Shown one piece after another: positions 27,653 through 36,607 of a stretch of DNA of 64,000 bases (the first letter of the stretch is position 1; each line of letters begins with the position of its first letter). The stretch covers positions 1-64,000 of the forward strand of contig DASZWM010000006.1 of assembly GCA_035546615.1 (NCBI GenBank), read 5' to 3'. The notes under the pieces were generated by a model, which saw nothing but the letters and a program-made list of their open reading frames with translations, was not told where the DNA came from and searched no databases. The position numbers and the translations under genes are program-made. The stretch comes from Minisyncoccota bacterium (lineage in GTDB: Bacteria > Patescibacteriota > Minisyncoccia > Phycocordibacterales > SBAW01).

Positions 27653-28900
27653 TTATTTGCGCTCGGCTATCTCTTCCTTCAGTTTTGAAACTATTTCGGC
27701 AATGGGGAGTGCTCCAAGTTTGCCTTCGCGGCCCTCAAGGCTTGCGGTGTTGGCTGCAACTTCCGCGTCGCCGATCACAAGCGTGTAGGGGATTTTCTGC
27801 GTCTTTGCCTCGCGTATCTTCTTGCCTAGGCTCTCATTGCTTTCGTCGATGTCCGCGCGGATGCCAGCCCTCTTGAGCTCCTGCGCGACCTTTGCGGCAA
27901 ATTCTTTGTGCGGCTCGGCAATAGGAATGACGCGAGCCTGAAGGGGAGAAAGCCAGGTGGGAAGCGTGCCGTCGTAGTGCTCAAGCAGTACCGCGATGCA
28001 GCGCTCGAGGCTGCCGGCTATAGCCGCGTGCACCATCACGATGCGCTCCTTCTCGCCCTTTTCATTGATGCAGGTAAGGTCGAAGCGCTCGGGGATGTTC
28101 ATGTCGAGCTGGATGGTCGCGACCTGCCACTCGCGCCCGGCGGAATTCTTTGCCATGAAATCGAGCTTGGGCCCGTAGAGCGCCGCCTCGCCCGGGCCTT
28201 CAAACGTGTCGGCCCCGCGTTCCTCGGCAAGGCTGCGCAACTCGCTCTCGGCCTTGTCCCATATCTCCGGGGTACCTAGATATTTCTCGGGAGTCGCCGG
28301 GTCGCGGAAGGAAAGCCGTATACGCAATGTGAAGCCGAATGTCTTGTAGAAGGTGTCAACGATATCCCAGATCTTTAGGAATTCCTCGCGCACCTGACTA
28401 GTGCGGCAGAATACGTGTGCGTCGTCCTGAGCAAAACCCAAAACGCGAGTGAGGCCGCCAAGCTCTCCGGACTGCTCGTCGCGGTAGACCATGGTGGTCT
28501 CGGCGTAGCGCTGCGGCATCTCGCGGTACGAGAACGGCCGCCGCGCGAATATCTGCGTGTGGTGCGGGCAATTCATCGGCTTCATCGCGTACTCGCGGCC
28601 CTCGCGCGACGTTATCTTGAAGAGGTCATCGGCGAACTTTTCCCAGTGGCCGCTTGTCTCATAGAGGTCTTTCTTGGTGATGTGGGGGATGGTGACGCGC
28701 TCGTAGCCTCGCGCTTCGCGCATCTCCCAAATAAAGCGGTCGAGCTCCTGGCGCAGAATAGTGCCGCGCGGGGTCCACAGCGGCAGGCCCGAGCCGACGA
28801 GGTCGGAGAAGGTGAAGAGGTCGAGCTCCTGGCCAATTTTGCGGTGGTCGCGTTCTTCCATAGATAGTTCCAAGAGTATCAAGTGTGGGGATTTTTGCAA
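27653..28900 (-). CDS. thrS: Threonyl-tRNA synthetase, catalytic + anticodon-binding domains only (no N-terminal TGS/editing domains)
   Basis: PMNCPHH, RVLGFAQDDAHVFC class II motifs; 415 aa versus ~640 aa canonical. Confidence 0.88.
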   Translation of the reverse strand: MQKSPHLILLELSMEERDHRKIGQELDLFTFSDLVGSGLPLWTPRGTILRQELDRFIWEMREARGYERVTIPHITKKDLYETSGHWEKFADDLFKITSREGREYAMKPMNCPHHTQIFARRPFSYREMPQRYAETTMVYRDEQSGELGGLTRVLGFAQDDAHVFCRTSQVREEFLKIWDIVDTFYKTFGFTLRIRLSFRDPATPEKYLGTPEIWDKAESELRSLAEERGADTFEGPGEAALYGPKLDFMAKNSAGREWQVATIQLDMNIPERFDLTCINEKGEKERIVMVHAAIAGSLERCIAVLLEHYDGTLPTWLSPLQARVIPIAEPHKEFAAKVAQELKRAGIRADIDESNESLGKKIREAKTQKIPYTLVIGDAEVAANTASLEGREGKLGALPIAEIVSKLKEEIAERK

Positions 28901-28956
28901 AAGAAAAAGAGGGCGGCCCGGCCTTCTTGTCGAAGGCCGGGCCGGCAGGAAAACCG

Positions 28957-29328
28957 TCAGGCGTAGCGCCGTTCAGTTTGCTGTACGCACGCAAGAGGGA
29001 GGTCAACGCAGGCGCTCAGCAGCTCGCGTACGCGCTGGAACTGCTGCGGGCTCCGGGAGCCTGCGGTGAAATCCATCAAGACATGGGTTTCGGTAGCGAC
29101 GGTGCGGCGTACGGAGGCCGCTTTGTCGTTCAGGACGCGCTGCAACTTGCGGCCGATCTCGGTATCCAGAAGCGGAAGCAGCTTCATGCTGAATGCACGC
29201 ATCTCGCTGTAGAAGGATTTCTCCTGCGCGTGATTCAGTCCTTCGTGGAATTTTTCCGCTTCCGCGGCAAGTTCGGTGGCTGTGCGGCGGAGATCCTCCG
29301 GTCGCGTGAGCTGCACAACTGTATTCAT
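28957..29328 (-). CDS. Hypothetical protein
   Basis: AAAGGA RBS upstream of ATG; hairpin + T-run terminator downstream (28908..28946). Preferred over an overlapping + strand ORF. Confidence 0.4.
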   Translation of the reverse strand: MNTVVQLTRPEDLRRTATELAAEAEKFHEGLNHAQEKSFYSEMRAFSMKLLPLLDTEIGRKLQRVLNDKAASVRRTVATETHVLMDFTAGSRSPQQFQRVRELLSACVDLPLACVQQTERRYA

Positions 29329-29458
29329 CTCGAACTTTTCCTTTCAGAAACGATGTTTAGGTTCGAGCCGCACCGAAATCTTTGTACGACCTCGACAACT
29401 ATCGCACGCATGGAAAATATTAAAAGGCTTTTGCGCCGAAAAACTGTGGAAAAAGTCT

Positions 29459-29492
29459 CGACCCGGCGCCCTCCAACGAGGGCGCCGGGTCG
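29459..29492 (-). terminator. Hairpin CGACCCGGCGCCC-tccaacga-GGGCGCCGGGTCG downstream of minus-strand ORF 29515..29802
   Basis: Perfect 13-bp stem; T-rich on the minus-strand continuation. Confidence 0.5.
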
Positions 29493-29514
29493 TGTTGTCG
29501 GAAATCGGGCGCGA

Positions 29515-29802
29515 TTAAACGGTATGGTAGGCGACGCTACGGCAGAGATTCTGCAGCTCGGTCCATGCCCCGATGCACTCTCCTCCGCTTGAAGGAGCGT
29601 TGCGGAACCGGACCACTGCGTGCTCGATCTTGATATCCCCGGTGTATGTCGATTGGGCATACGCCGTTTCGAGCTCGATGAGCATTCCGTCGGTAATGAT
29701 GTCTTCCTGGGGGTCGGCGTCGGCAATCGCCTTGGCCGCCTTTCGGAACCGGTCATCCTTCAGGCTGTCATGAATGAGGCGGGGGCGTTGAGCTGTATGC
29801 AC
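29515..29802 (-). CDS. Hypothetical protein
   Basis: GGGAGGG RBS; perfect 13-bp hairpin terminator just downstream (29459..29492). Confidence 0.4.
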   Translation of the reverse strand: MHTAQRPRLIHDSLKDDRFRKAAKAIADADPQEDIITDGMLIELETAYAQSTYTGDIKIEHAVVRFRNAPSSGGECIGAWTELQNLCRSVAYHTV

Positions 29803-29886
29803 GTTTCGTCCCTCCCGTGTACGAGTGATGTGCCGCTTACTGAAAAGTATTATACCACTAGGACATGAAAAAACAACTCTCCTGCG

Positions 29887-32871
29887 CTACAGCGCCTTCA
29901 GCTTGTCGGCCACCATCGAAAGCTCGCCGTTGCGGCTGGAAAGGCGGCCCTTCAGCGCGATGACCGTCTCGGGCTTGAGAATGTCGCGGAATTCCTTGTA
30001 GATGCGCGGAAAGACGGCCGCCTCTATCGTGCCGTCAAAGTCGGTCAGCCTTACGAACGCCATCTGGTCGCCGCCGCGCGTCAGTATCATGCGCACGTCC
30101 TCTATCATTCCCGCGGCCACGGCCGTCATGCCCGGGGCCAGGTCGCGGCGCATCTGCCCCAGCGTCATCGGGCGCTTGGAGAGCTGTTCCTTGAACCGGT
30201 CAAGCGGATGCCCGGACACGTAGAGGCCCAGCAATTCTTTCTCCCACGCCAGGCGGTCTGCCATAGGCGCTTCAGGCGCGGCGGGGAGCGTTATGTCGCT
30301 GACGGCCAAGTCGCTGCCGAAGAGGGAATCGTGCTGCTGCTCTTTGCAATTCTCGCGGTGATATTCCAAAAGCAATTCTATGGATGAGAGCATCTGGCCG
30401 CGCTCGCCCAAGGAATCAAGCGCCCCGCACTGGATGAGCGACTCGAGGCCCTTCTTGTTGAGGTTCTGGTCCTTCACGCGGCGCAGGAAATCGGAGAGGC
30501 TCACGAAGCGACCATTCGCCTTGCGCTCGCTGATTATCGCGTCGGCTACGCCGCGGCCGAAGTTCTTGATGGAATACAGCCCGAAGCGGATGGAATCGGT
30601 TTCGATATCGCCCGCGACCGCCGCCGCCTTTTCAGTGCGCGGGGTGTTCTTGCTGACGAGCGCGGTGAAGTCGCCGAAGCTCTCGTTCACGTCGGGAGGC
30701 AGCACCGGAAGCCCCAGGCGCTTGCACTCGCCGACCATTATGGAGACGGTCTCGACGTCGCCCGCTTCCGCCGTGAGCACCGCCGACATGTACTCGACCG
30801 GGTAGTTGGCCTTCATGTACGCGGTCTGGTACGCGACCTTGCCGTATGAGGCGGCATGGGCCTTGTTGAATCCGTACGCGGCGAACGGCTCGATGAGCTT
30901 CCACAGCTGCTCGCCGAGCGCCGGCGAGAGCCGGCCGTATTCCTTGAATCCCTTGATGAGCTTTTCTTTTTCCGCGGCCATGACCTCGGGAATCTTCTTG
31001 CCCATAGCCTTGCGCAGCTTGTCCGCCTCGAGCCACGAGTACCCCGCGAGCTTGATGGAGGTCAGGAGCACGTCGTCCTGGTACACGAGACAGCCGTAGG
31101 AGAAGTCGAGGAACTCCTTCATCCGCGGGTCGAGATACTTGATGAGCGCCGGATTATGCTTGCGCTCGATGTACTGCGGGATGGTTTCCATCGGCCCCGG
31201 GCGGAAGAGCGCCACCATGGCGTTTATGTCGTGGATGGTCGATGGCTTCAGTTCCTTCAAATAGCGCGTCATGCCGGCGCCGTTCAATTGGAACGTGCCT
31301 TCAGTCTCGCCGCGCGCGAGCATTTCGAACGTTTTCTTGTCGTCAACCGGCACGTTCTCGATATCGAGCGTAATGCCGCGCGTCGTTTCAACGAGCTCGA
31401 CCGCGTGAGCCAAAATTGCCAGGTTGCGGATGCCGAGGAAGTCGAATTTCAGGAGCCCCGCTTCCTCAATGGAGTACATATCGTACTGGGTGATGAGCTT
31501 GCCGCCCTTGGGGTCGCGCTGTATCGGTGCGTATTCGACAAGCGGCTTGGGGGCGATAACGACGCCGGCGGCGTGCACGGAGATGTGCCGCGCGCAGCCT
31601 TCTATTGTTTTGCCGAGGTCGATGATGTCCTTAACGTCGGGCTCCTCGTTATATATTTTTGCCAGCTCCGGGGTTTCGGCGATGGCGCGCTCCAGCGTCA
31701 TGGGGAAGCCCTGGCTGCCGAAGGGAATGAGCTTTGCAATGCGGTCGCCCACCCCGTAGGGGTAGCCCAAGGCGCGCGCCACGTCGCGCACGACGCCGCG
31801 CGCGAGCATGGTGCCGAAGGTGCCTATCTGCGCGACCTTCTCGTCGCCGTACTTGGCCCTGGCGTACTCGATTACCTCGTCGCGCCTGTTGTCGGCGTAG
31901 TCCATGTCGATGTCCGGCGCCGAGGGGCGCTCGGGGTTGAGGAAGCGCTCGAACGGCAGCTTGTACTCAAGCGGGTTCACGTTGGTGATGCCGGTCACAT
32001 AGGTTACGAGCGAGCCTGCGACCGAGCCGCGGATGGTGGTAAGTATCTTGTTGGCGCGCGCGAACGCGAGCAGGTCGGCCACCACCATGAAATACGGCGA
32101 GTAGCCTTTCTTGCAGATGATGCCGTACTCATACTCGATGCGCTCGCGTACCGCCGGATCGTCCAGGAGGCCGCGCTTCTCAATGCCCGCTTCGATAAGC
32201 TTTCGCAATTCCGCGTCATAGGTTGAGCCGTCAGGAATTTTCAGGTCGGGGAACACCCAGGTGCCGAGCGCAAGCTCCAGTTCGCACTGGCTCGCTATTT
32301 CGAGCGTTCGTGCAAGCTGGGCGGGGGTAAAGCGTTCCTCCATTTCGGCGGCTGAAGGAAAGTGATGGTCCGTATCCTCGGCGTCTATATCGCCGCCTTC
32401 GTTGGCGCCCTTGTTTTCGATAGCCCGCATCGTTTCCCACGCGCGCTGGTCTTCGGGCTTCAGGTAATAGATCTCAGGCAGGGCGATGGTTTGGTCGGCC
32501 GGGTCGAGCGTGATGATGCCGCTCGCGTGCGCTTTAAGCATCGCGTCGGTCACCGTCGGGTTGTCGGGGAACTCAAGCTGCGAGTCGGTGACAATCTTGA
32601 GCAGATTCTGGTAGCCTTCGAGGTTCTTGGCGTACAAAAGCACGCGCTTGCCGTCGCCCAAGTGGGCGGAGAGCCCGATAATGGGCTTGATGCCGGCGCC
32701 CTTGCACTCCTTGTAGAATTCGATGGCGCCGTAGAGGTTGCCGAGGTCGGTGAGCGCGAGCGCCTCGCAGCCTTCCGCTTTCGCGCGCTTCACGAGGTCC
32801 GGAATCTTCGGCAGGGCCCTGAGCAAAGAGTAGTGCGAGTGGACGTGGAGGAGTGCGAATCGAGCGGCCAT
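29887..32871 (-). CDS. dnaE: DNA polymerase III alpha subunit (short, 994 aa)
   Basis: N-terminal PHP domain (LHVHSHYSLL); polymerase core motifs; OB-fold region near C-terminus. Confidence 0.9.
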   Translation of the reverse strand: MAARFALLHVHSHYSLLRALPKIPDLVKRAKAEGCEALALTDLGNLYGAIEFYKECKGAGIKPIIGLSAHLGDGKRVLLYAKNLEGYQNLLKIVTDSQLEFPDNPTVTDAMLKAHASGIITLDPADQTIALPEIYYLKPEDQRAWETMRAIENKGANEGGDIDAEDTDHHFPSAAEMEERFTPAQLARTLEIASQCELELALGTWVFPDLKIPDGSTYDAELRKLIEAGIEKRGLLDDPAVRERIEYEYGIICKKGYSPYFMVVADLLAFARANKILTTIRGSVAGSLVTYVTGITNVNPLEYKLPFERFLNPERPSAPDIDMDYADNRRDEVIEYARAKYGDEKVAQIGTFGTMLARGVVRDVARALGYPYGVGDRIAKLIPFGSQGFPMTLERAIAETPELAKIYNEEPDVKDIIDLGKTIEGCARHISVHAAGVVIAPKPLVEYAPIQRDPKGGKLITQYDMYSIEEAGLLKFDFLGIRNLAILAHAVELVETTRGITLDIENVPVDDKKTFEMLARGETEGTFQLNGAGMTRYLKELKPSTIHDINAMVALFRPGPMETIPQYIERKHNPALIKYLDPRMKEFLDFSYGCLVYQDDVLLTSIKLAGYSWLEADKLRKAMGKKIPEVMAAEKEKLIKGFKEYGRLSPALGEQLWKLIEPFAAYGFNKAHAASYGKVAYQTAYMKANYPVEYMSAVLTAEAGDVETVSIMVGECKRLGLPVLPPDVNESFGDFTALVSKNTPRTEKAAAVAGDIETDSIRFGLYSIKNFGRGVADAIISERKANGRFVSLSDFLRRVKDQNLNKKGLESLIQCGALDSLGERGQMLSSIELLLEYHRENCKEQQHDSLFGSDLAVSDITLPAAPEAPMADRLAWEKELLGLYVSGHPLDRFKEQLSKRPMTLGQMRRDLAPGMTAVAAGMIEDVRMILTRGGDQMAFVRLTDFDGTIEAAVFPRIYKEFRDILKPETVIALKGRLSSRNGELSMVADKLKAL

Positions 32872-32972
32872 AAACCCAGTATAACAAACAAGGGCCGATT
32901 GTTTTTGCGAGGAATCGTGGTACTTTTTAAGCGGGAAGGGAACTCAGCACCTGCTACTCAGGGGAGGAAAAA

Positions 32973-33287
32973 ATGCATCCGATCGTTATCGTTCTTGCCA
33001 TAATCGCCGTCATCGTATTGTTTGCCGTTCTCCAGGCCGGCTCGGCGGGCTTGACCCCTGTCGTCTTCGCTGCGGCTTGGCAGGAATGGCGCTGCCGCCG
33101 GGCGCACGCCTATCTAATGCGGCACGACCCGGATTTCAGGGACCGGGAAGAGAAGCATGCGCGACACCAACGGAACCATGCCGTAGCGCGCGAGCGCGAG
33201 GAGTTGTATACCGAGGGCGTATCGCCGGACGATCCCCGCATCCCCAATTTTGAGTATCCAGGGGAACGCGATCTGAAATTCCTCTAG
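32973..33287 (+). CDS. Small hypothetical membrane protein
   Basis: ORF with one TM, His/Arg-rich tail. Confidence 0.3.
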   Translation: MHPIVIVLAIIAVIVLFAVLQAGSAGLTPVVFAAAWQEWRCRRAHAYLMRHDPDFRDREEKHARHQRNHAVAREREELYTEGVSPDDPRIPNFEYPGERDLKFL

Positions 33288-33361
33288 CGAGGGCGTGGAA
33301 CAAGGAAAAACGGGCGCTTGCGCGAGCGAGCGCCTGTTTTCTTTTTATATACAATAGGTAG

Positions 33362-33964
33362 GTGAAAAAGTTTTTAGCAGGCATAGACGAGGCAGGGCGC
33401 GGGCCTTTGGCGGGGCCGGTTTCGGTGGGCGTGGTAGTTGTGCCTATTGATTTCGACTTCAAGCTTTTTGACGGCGTGCGGGATTCAAAGCTCATGACCG
33501 AAGCCGCTCGCGAAGAATGGTTTCAGCGGCTGCCGGCGCTTGAGACATCTGCGGGCGTTCGGTGGAGCGTGCAATTCTCCTCCGCTCTATATATAGACAC
33601 ATACGGGATAGTGCCCGCGGTGAAGCGCGCCATCGCGCATGCGCTTCGGGAACTTGCGCTTGATCCGGAAGAGACCGAAATACGCCTCGACGGCTCGCTC
33701 AAGGCGCCCGCCGAATTTTTGCATCAGACGACCATCATCCGCGGCGACCAGACGCAGCCGGTAATAAGCATGGCGTCGGTCGCGGCCAAGGTCAGCCGCG
33801 ACCGGCTTATGAAAAAGCTCGCCGTAAAGTATCCGGAGTACGGCTTCGATATCCACAAGGGCTACGGCACCAAAAAACACCGAGAATTGATAGGGAAACT
33901 GGGGGTATGTAGCCTTCATCGCAAGACCTTCTGCAAGGTTGAAAAACAGGCACAAAAGGAGTAA
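33362..33964 (+). CDS. rnhB: Ribonuclease HII
   Basis: GIDEAGRGPLAGPV catalytic motif; 200 aa. Confidence 0.88.
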   Translation: MKKFLAGIDEAGRGPLAGPVSVGVVVVPIDFDFKLFDGVRDSKLMTEAAREEWFQRLPALETSAGVRWSVQFSSALYIDTYGIVPAVKRAIAHALRELALDPEETEIRLDGSLKAPAEFLHQTTIIRGDQTQPVISMASVAAKVSRDRLMKKLAVKYPEYGFDIHKGYGTKKHRELIGKLGVCSLHRKTFCKVEKQAQKE

Positions 33965-34048
33965 GGTTAATAGCCGGAATAGCTTAAGTACGTGCCTATG
34001 ACTAAAGCGGCGCAATAAGCGCAAGAATTCTGTTTTGGGAGAACAACC

Positions 34049-34246
34049 TTGCCTTTCGAACAACTTGCGAAAAATGTTGTCGGTGAAAACGCCGACCTTC
34101 AGAACCTCGCGCAGCAATGCTGTAACAAGTTCGGCCTTCCCGGAGGCTGTACGTGTGCCGACGAGGTGATCAACACGACTGCTTGGCAGGACTGGCCTCC
34201 GGGCCCTCTTGCCGAACTGCTGACACAGGCGAAACACCCGCACTAG
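34049..34246 (+). CDS. Small Cys-rich hypothetical protein (TTG start)
   Basis: GGGAGA RBS 6 nt upstream of TTG; CCNKFGLPGGCTC motif; followed by hairpin + T-run terminator (~34274..34313). Confidence 0.3.
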   Translation: MPFEQLAKNVVGENADLQNLAQQCCNKFGLPGGCTCADEVINTTAWQDWPPGPLAELLTQAKHPH

Positions 34247-34363
34247 CGGTTCCGCTTGTCATCAGCCTAAAAGGACCCAGCCCCTCGATTTCGGGGGACT
34301 GGGCCTTTTGCTTTATACCCAGTCTAAATTGCGTTTTAAGCCATATTTTGGTATAGTCTCGCC

Positions 34364-34600
34364 ATGGTCGTCCGAATGAGACATAACAGGAGCCAGACCG
34401 GTCAGCACCGGGCTCATCTCGCGCTTAAGGCGAAGTCGCTTATGAAGTGCGAATGCGGCGCCATGCGCGTGTCTCATAGGGCATGCCCGGAATGCGGCCG
34501 TTACAACGGCCGCGTCGTGGTTGACCTGGCGGGCAAAAAGCAGGCCCGCGCCGCAAAGAAGTCGAAGAAGGAAGGAGTTAAGAGCGAGGCGCAGAAGTAG
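34364..34600 (+). CDS. rpmF: 50S ribosomal protein L32
   Basis: RHNRSQ..HRACPECGRYNGRVV zinc-ribbon L32 signature; promoter-like TTGCGT-17-TATAGT upstream. Confidence 0.85.
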   Translation: MVVRMRHNRSQTGQHRAHLALKAKSLMKCECGAMRVSHRACPECGRYNGRVVVDLAGKKQARAAKKSKKEGVKSEAQK

Positions 34601-34677
34601 TTGTCTGCCTTTGGCTCTTAGGTCTATCTGAAGTTCGGTCGCTTGGCGCAGGTTCGAAAGCAGCTCTTTCATAAACA

Positions 34678-35586
34678 ATGGCAAATAGGCACCTATCCCG
34701 CTCAGTTGTCCTACAGACGCTCTTTGAGTGGGACATCCGCAATGCTTCGTCCGAAGGGGCGGGGGATGCCCTTGCGCGCAATGCCGCGGAGTTTGCTCCG
34801 GCGGCGGGCGACCTGCCGTTTATGGAAGACTTGCTCAAGGGAACTCTTTCCCGCAAAGCGGACCTTGATATGGTCATTGAAAAGGCGGCGCCCGAGTGGC
34901 CGCTTGATCGCATCGCGCCTGTGGACCGCAATGTCCTGAGGCTCGGGCTCTACGAGCTTCTTTTTGCCGACCGCGACAAGGTTCCGGCAAAGGTGGCGAT
35001 AAACGAGGCTATTGAGCTGGCGAAGTCCTTCGGCGGCGAGAATTCCGGACGCTTCGTCAACGGCGTGCTCGGCGCCGTGTACAAGGAGCTCGGCGAGCCG
35101 GGCAAGGACGAAGTCTCCAAGAAAAAGAAGGACGTTCCGTACGAGGAAATGCCGGTCCAGCACCTGGGCGGCGCTGTCGTCTACGCGCGCCAGGGCAAGG
35201 ACCTGTATCTGGCGCTCGTGCACGATATCTTCGGCCACTGGACGCTCTCTAAGGGCAAAATAGGCGACAAGCCCGAATTCGCCAACGAAACGGTGGAGGA
35301 AGGCACGATACGCGAGATAAAAGAGGAGATAGGCCTGGACATAACGCTCAAGGAGAAGATAGGCGAGAACGAGTACGTCGCAAGCGACCCGAAGACCGGC
35401 AAGAAGCGCAAGCACGTCACCTACTTCCTTGCGGAGTCGCCGTTCGCCGAAGTAAAGCTCGAGCAGAAAGGCGGGCTCGACGACGCGCGATGGTTCAAGC
35501 TACAGGACGCGCTCGACCTCAATTTCTACGAAGATATGCTCCCGCTCGTTACAAAAGCAGTGCAAAGATTAGCCCAAGAGAAATAG
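34678..35586 (+). CDS. nusB: NusB antitermination factor fused in-frame to a C-terminal Nudix hydrolase domain
   Basis: N-terminal ~140 aa NusB (RSVVLQTLFEWDIR...); C-terminal Nudix box GHWTLSKGKIGDKPEFANETVEEGTIREIKEEIGLD (G-x5-E-x7-REuxEExGu). Confidence 0.8.
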   Translation: MANRHLSRSVVLQTLFEWDIRNASSEGAGDALARNAAEFAPAAGDLPFMEDLLKGTLSRKADLDMVIEKAAPEWPLDRIAPVDRNVLRLGLYELLFADRDKVPAKVAINEAIELAKSFGGENSGRFVNGVLGAVYKELGEPGKDEVSKKKKDVPYEEMPVQHLGGAVVYARQGKDLYLALVHDIFGHWTLSKGKIGDKPEFANETVEEGTIREIKEEIGLDITLKEKIGENEYVASDPKTGKKRKHVTYFLAESPFAEVKLEQKGGLDDARWFKLQDALDLNFYEDMLPLVTKAVQRLAQEK

Positions 35587-35651
35587 GGTATAGCCACTAG
35601 CCAATAGTGAGCTCCCTACACCCTAAACCCTAACCACCAAACCCTACTCCC

Positions 35652-36344
35652 ATGCAGAAAGACTTTACGGCATTTGAGGCTTCCCTCGGCCTGACCTTCC
35701 GCGACCCGGCGCTTTTGCGCCAGGCTTTTACGCATCGCTCGTACCTCAATGAACACCGTTCTGAGGGCAGCGCGCACAACGAACGCCTCGAGTTCCTCGG
35801 CGACGCCGTGCTCGAGCTCATCGCCACGCACTTTTTGTACGAGAAATTCCCCGCGCATCCGGAGGGCGACCTGACGGCATTCCGCGCCTCGCTCGTGAAT
35901 GCCGTAACGCTCGGCGGCGTGGCGGCGGAAATAGGCATGAACGACTACCTGCTTCTTTCAAAGGGCGAAAGCAAGGACAACGGTCGCGCCCGCAGCGTGC
36001 TCCTGGCCAATGCCATTGAGGCGCTGGTGGGCGCGATATATCTTGACCAGGGCTATGATGCCGCGAAGGCCTTTATCGAAAAGCATCTCTTCCCCAAACT
36101 CGACGAGATAGTGCAGAAGAAGCTTTGGCGCGACGCCAAGTCGGTGCTTCAGGAGCGCGCGCAGGAAACGGAAGGCGCCACGCCATCGTACTCGGTCATG
36201 ACCGAGTCCGGCCCCGACCACGACAAGCAGTTCGTCGTCGGCGTCTACGTAAAAGACACGATGCTGGCCAAGGGAAGCGGCAAGTCAAAGCAGGAGGCGG
36301 AGCAGGACGCCGCCCGCAACGCGCTTGAAGCCAAGGGGTGGTAA
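35652..36344 (+). CDS. rnc: Ribonuclease III
   Basis: ERLEFLGDAVLEL catalytic signature; C-terminal dsRBD; 230 aa. Confidence 0.9.
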   Translation: MQKDFTAFEASLGLTFRDPALLRQAFTHRSYLNEHRSEGSAHNERLEFLGDAVLELIATHFLYEKFPAHPEGDLTAFRASLVNAVTLGGVAAEIGMNDYLLLSKGESKDNGRARSVLLANAIEALVGAIYLDQGYDAAKAFIEKHLFPKLDEIVQKKLWRDAKSVLQERAQETEGATPSYSVMTESGPDHDKQFVVGVYVKDTMLAKGSGKSKQEAEQDAARNALEAKGW

Positions 36345-36381
36345 GAGTACTGTTACTCCAGATCCAACGGAGGATGCAGGC

Positions 36382-36576
36382 ATGGCGATGTTTCTGGTAT
36401 CGGATTCTTCGCGGCGCGAAGCCCTGAGAAGAATGCACAGAGAACAGGTTGAGCCGATGATGCGAAGGCTGGCGTTCATCAGGAGCCCGGCTTTCGCTCG
36501 CGCGGTCAATGCGGCCAACCGAAAGGGCGAGCATCTGTGGAATAAAAGGAAGCGCGAGCAAGAGGGTGTCCGATGA
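36382..36576 (+). CDS. Small hypothetical protein
   Basis: GGAGGA RBS upstream of ATG; basic 64-aa ORF. Confidence 0.25.
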   Translation: MAMFLVSDSSRREALRRMHREQVEPMMRRLAFIRSPAFARAVNAANRKGEHLWNKRKREQEGVR

Positions 36577-36607
36577 GGGCATCCTAAACTTTTGCTACAA
36601 TAGCCCT

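Noticed and set aside
28885-29592. 235-aa + strand ORF between thrS and dnaE
   Set aside because: It overlaps two minus-strand ORFs that each have a good RBS and a downstream hairpin terminator on the minus strand, so the minus-strand genes are preferred.
36325-36576. 83-aa ORF upstream of smc starting at 36325
   Set aside because: The first part overlaps the rnc 3' end. Only the internal start at 36382 with a GGAGGA RBS is retained, and that at low confidence.
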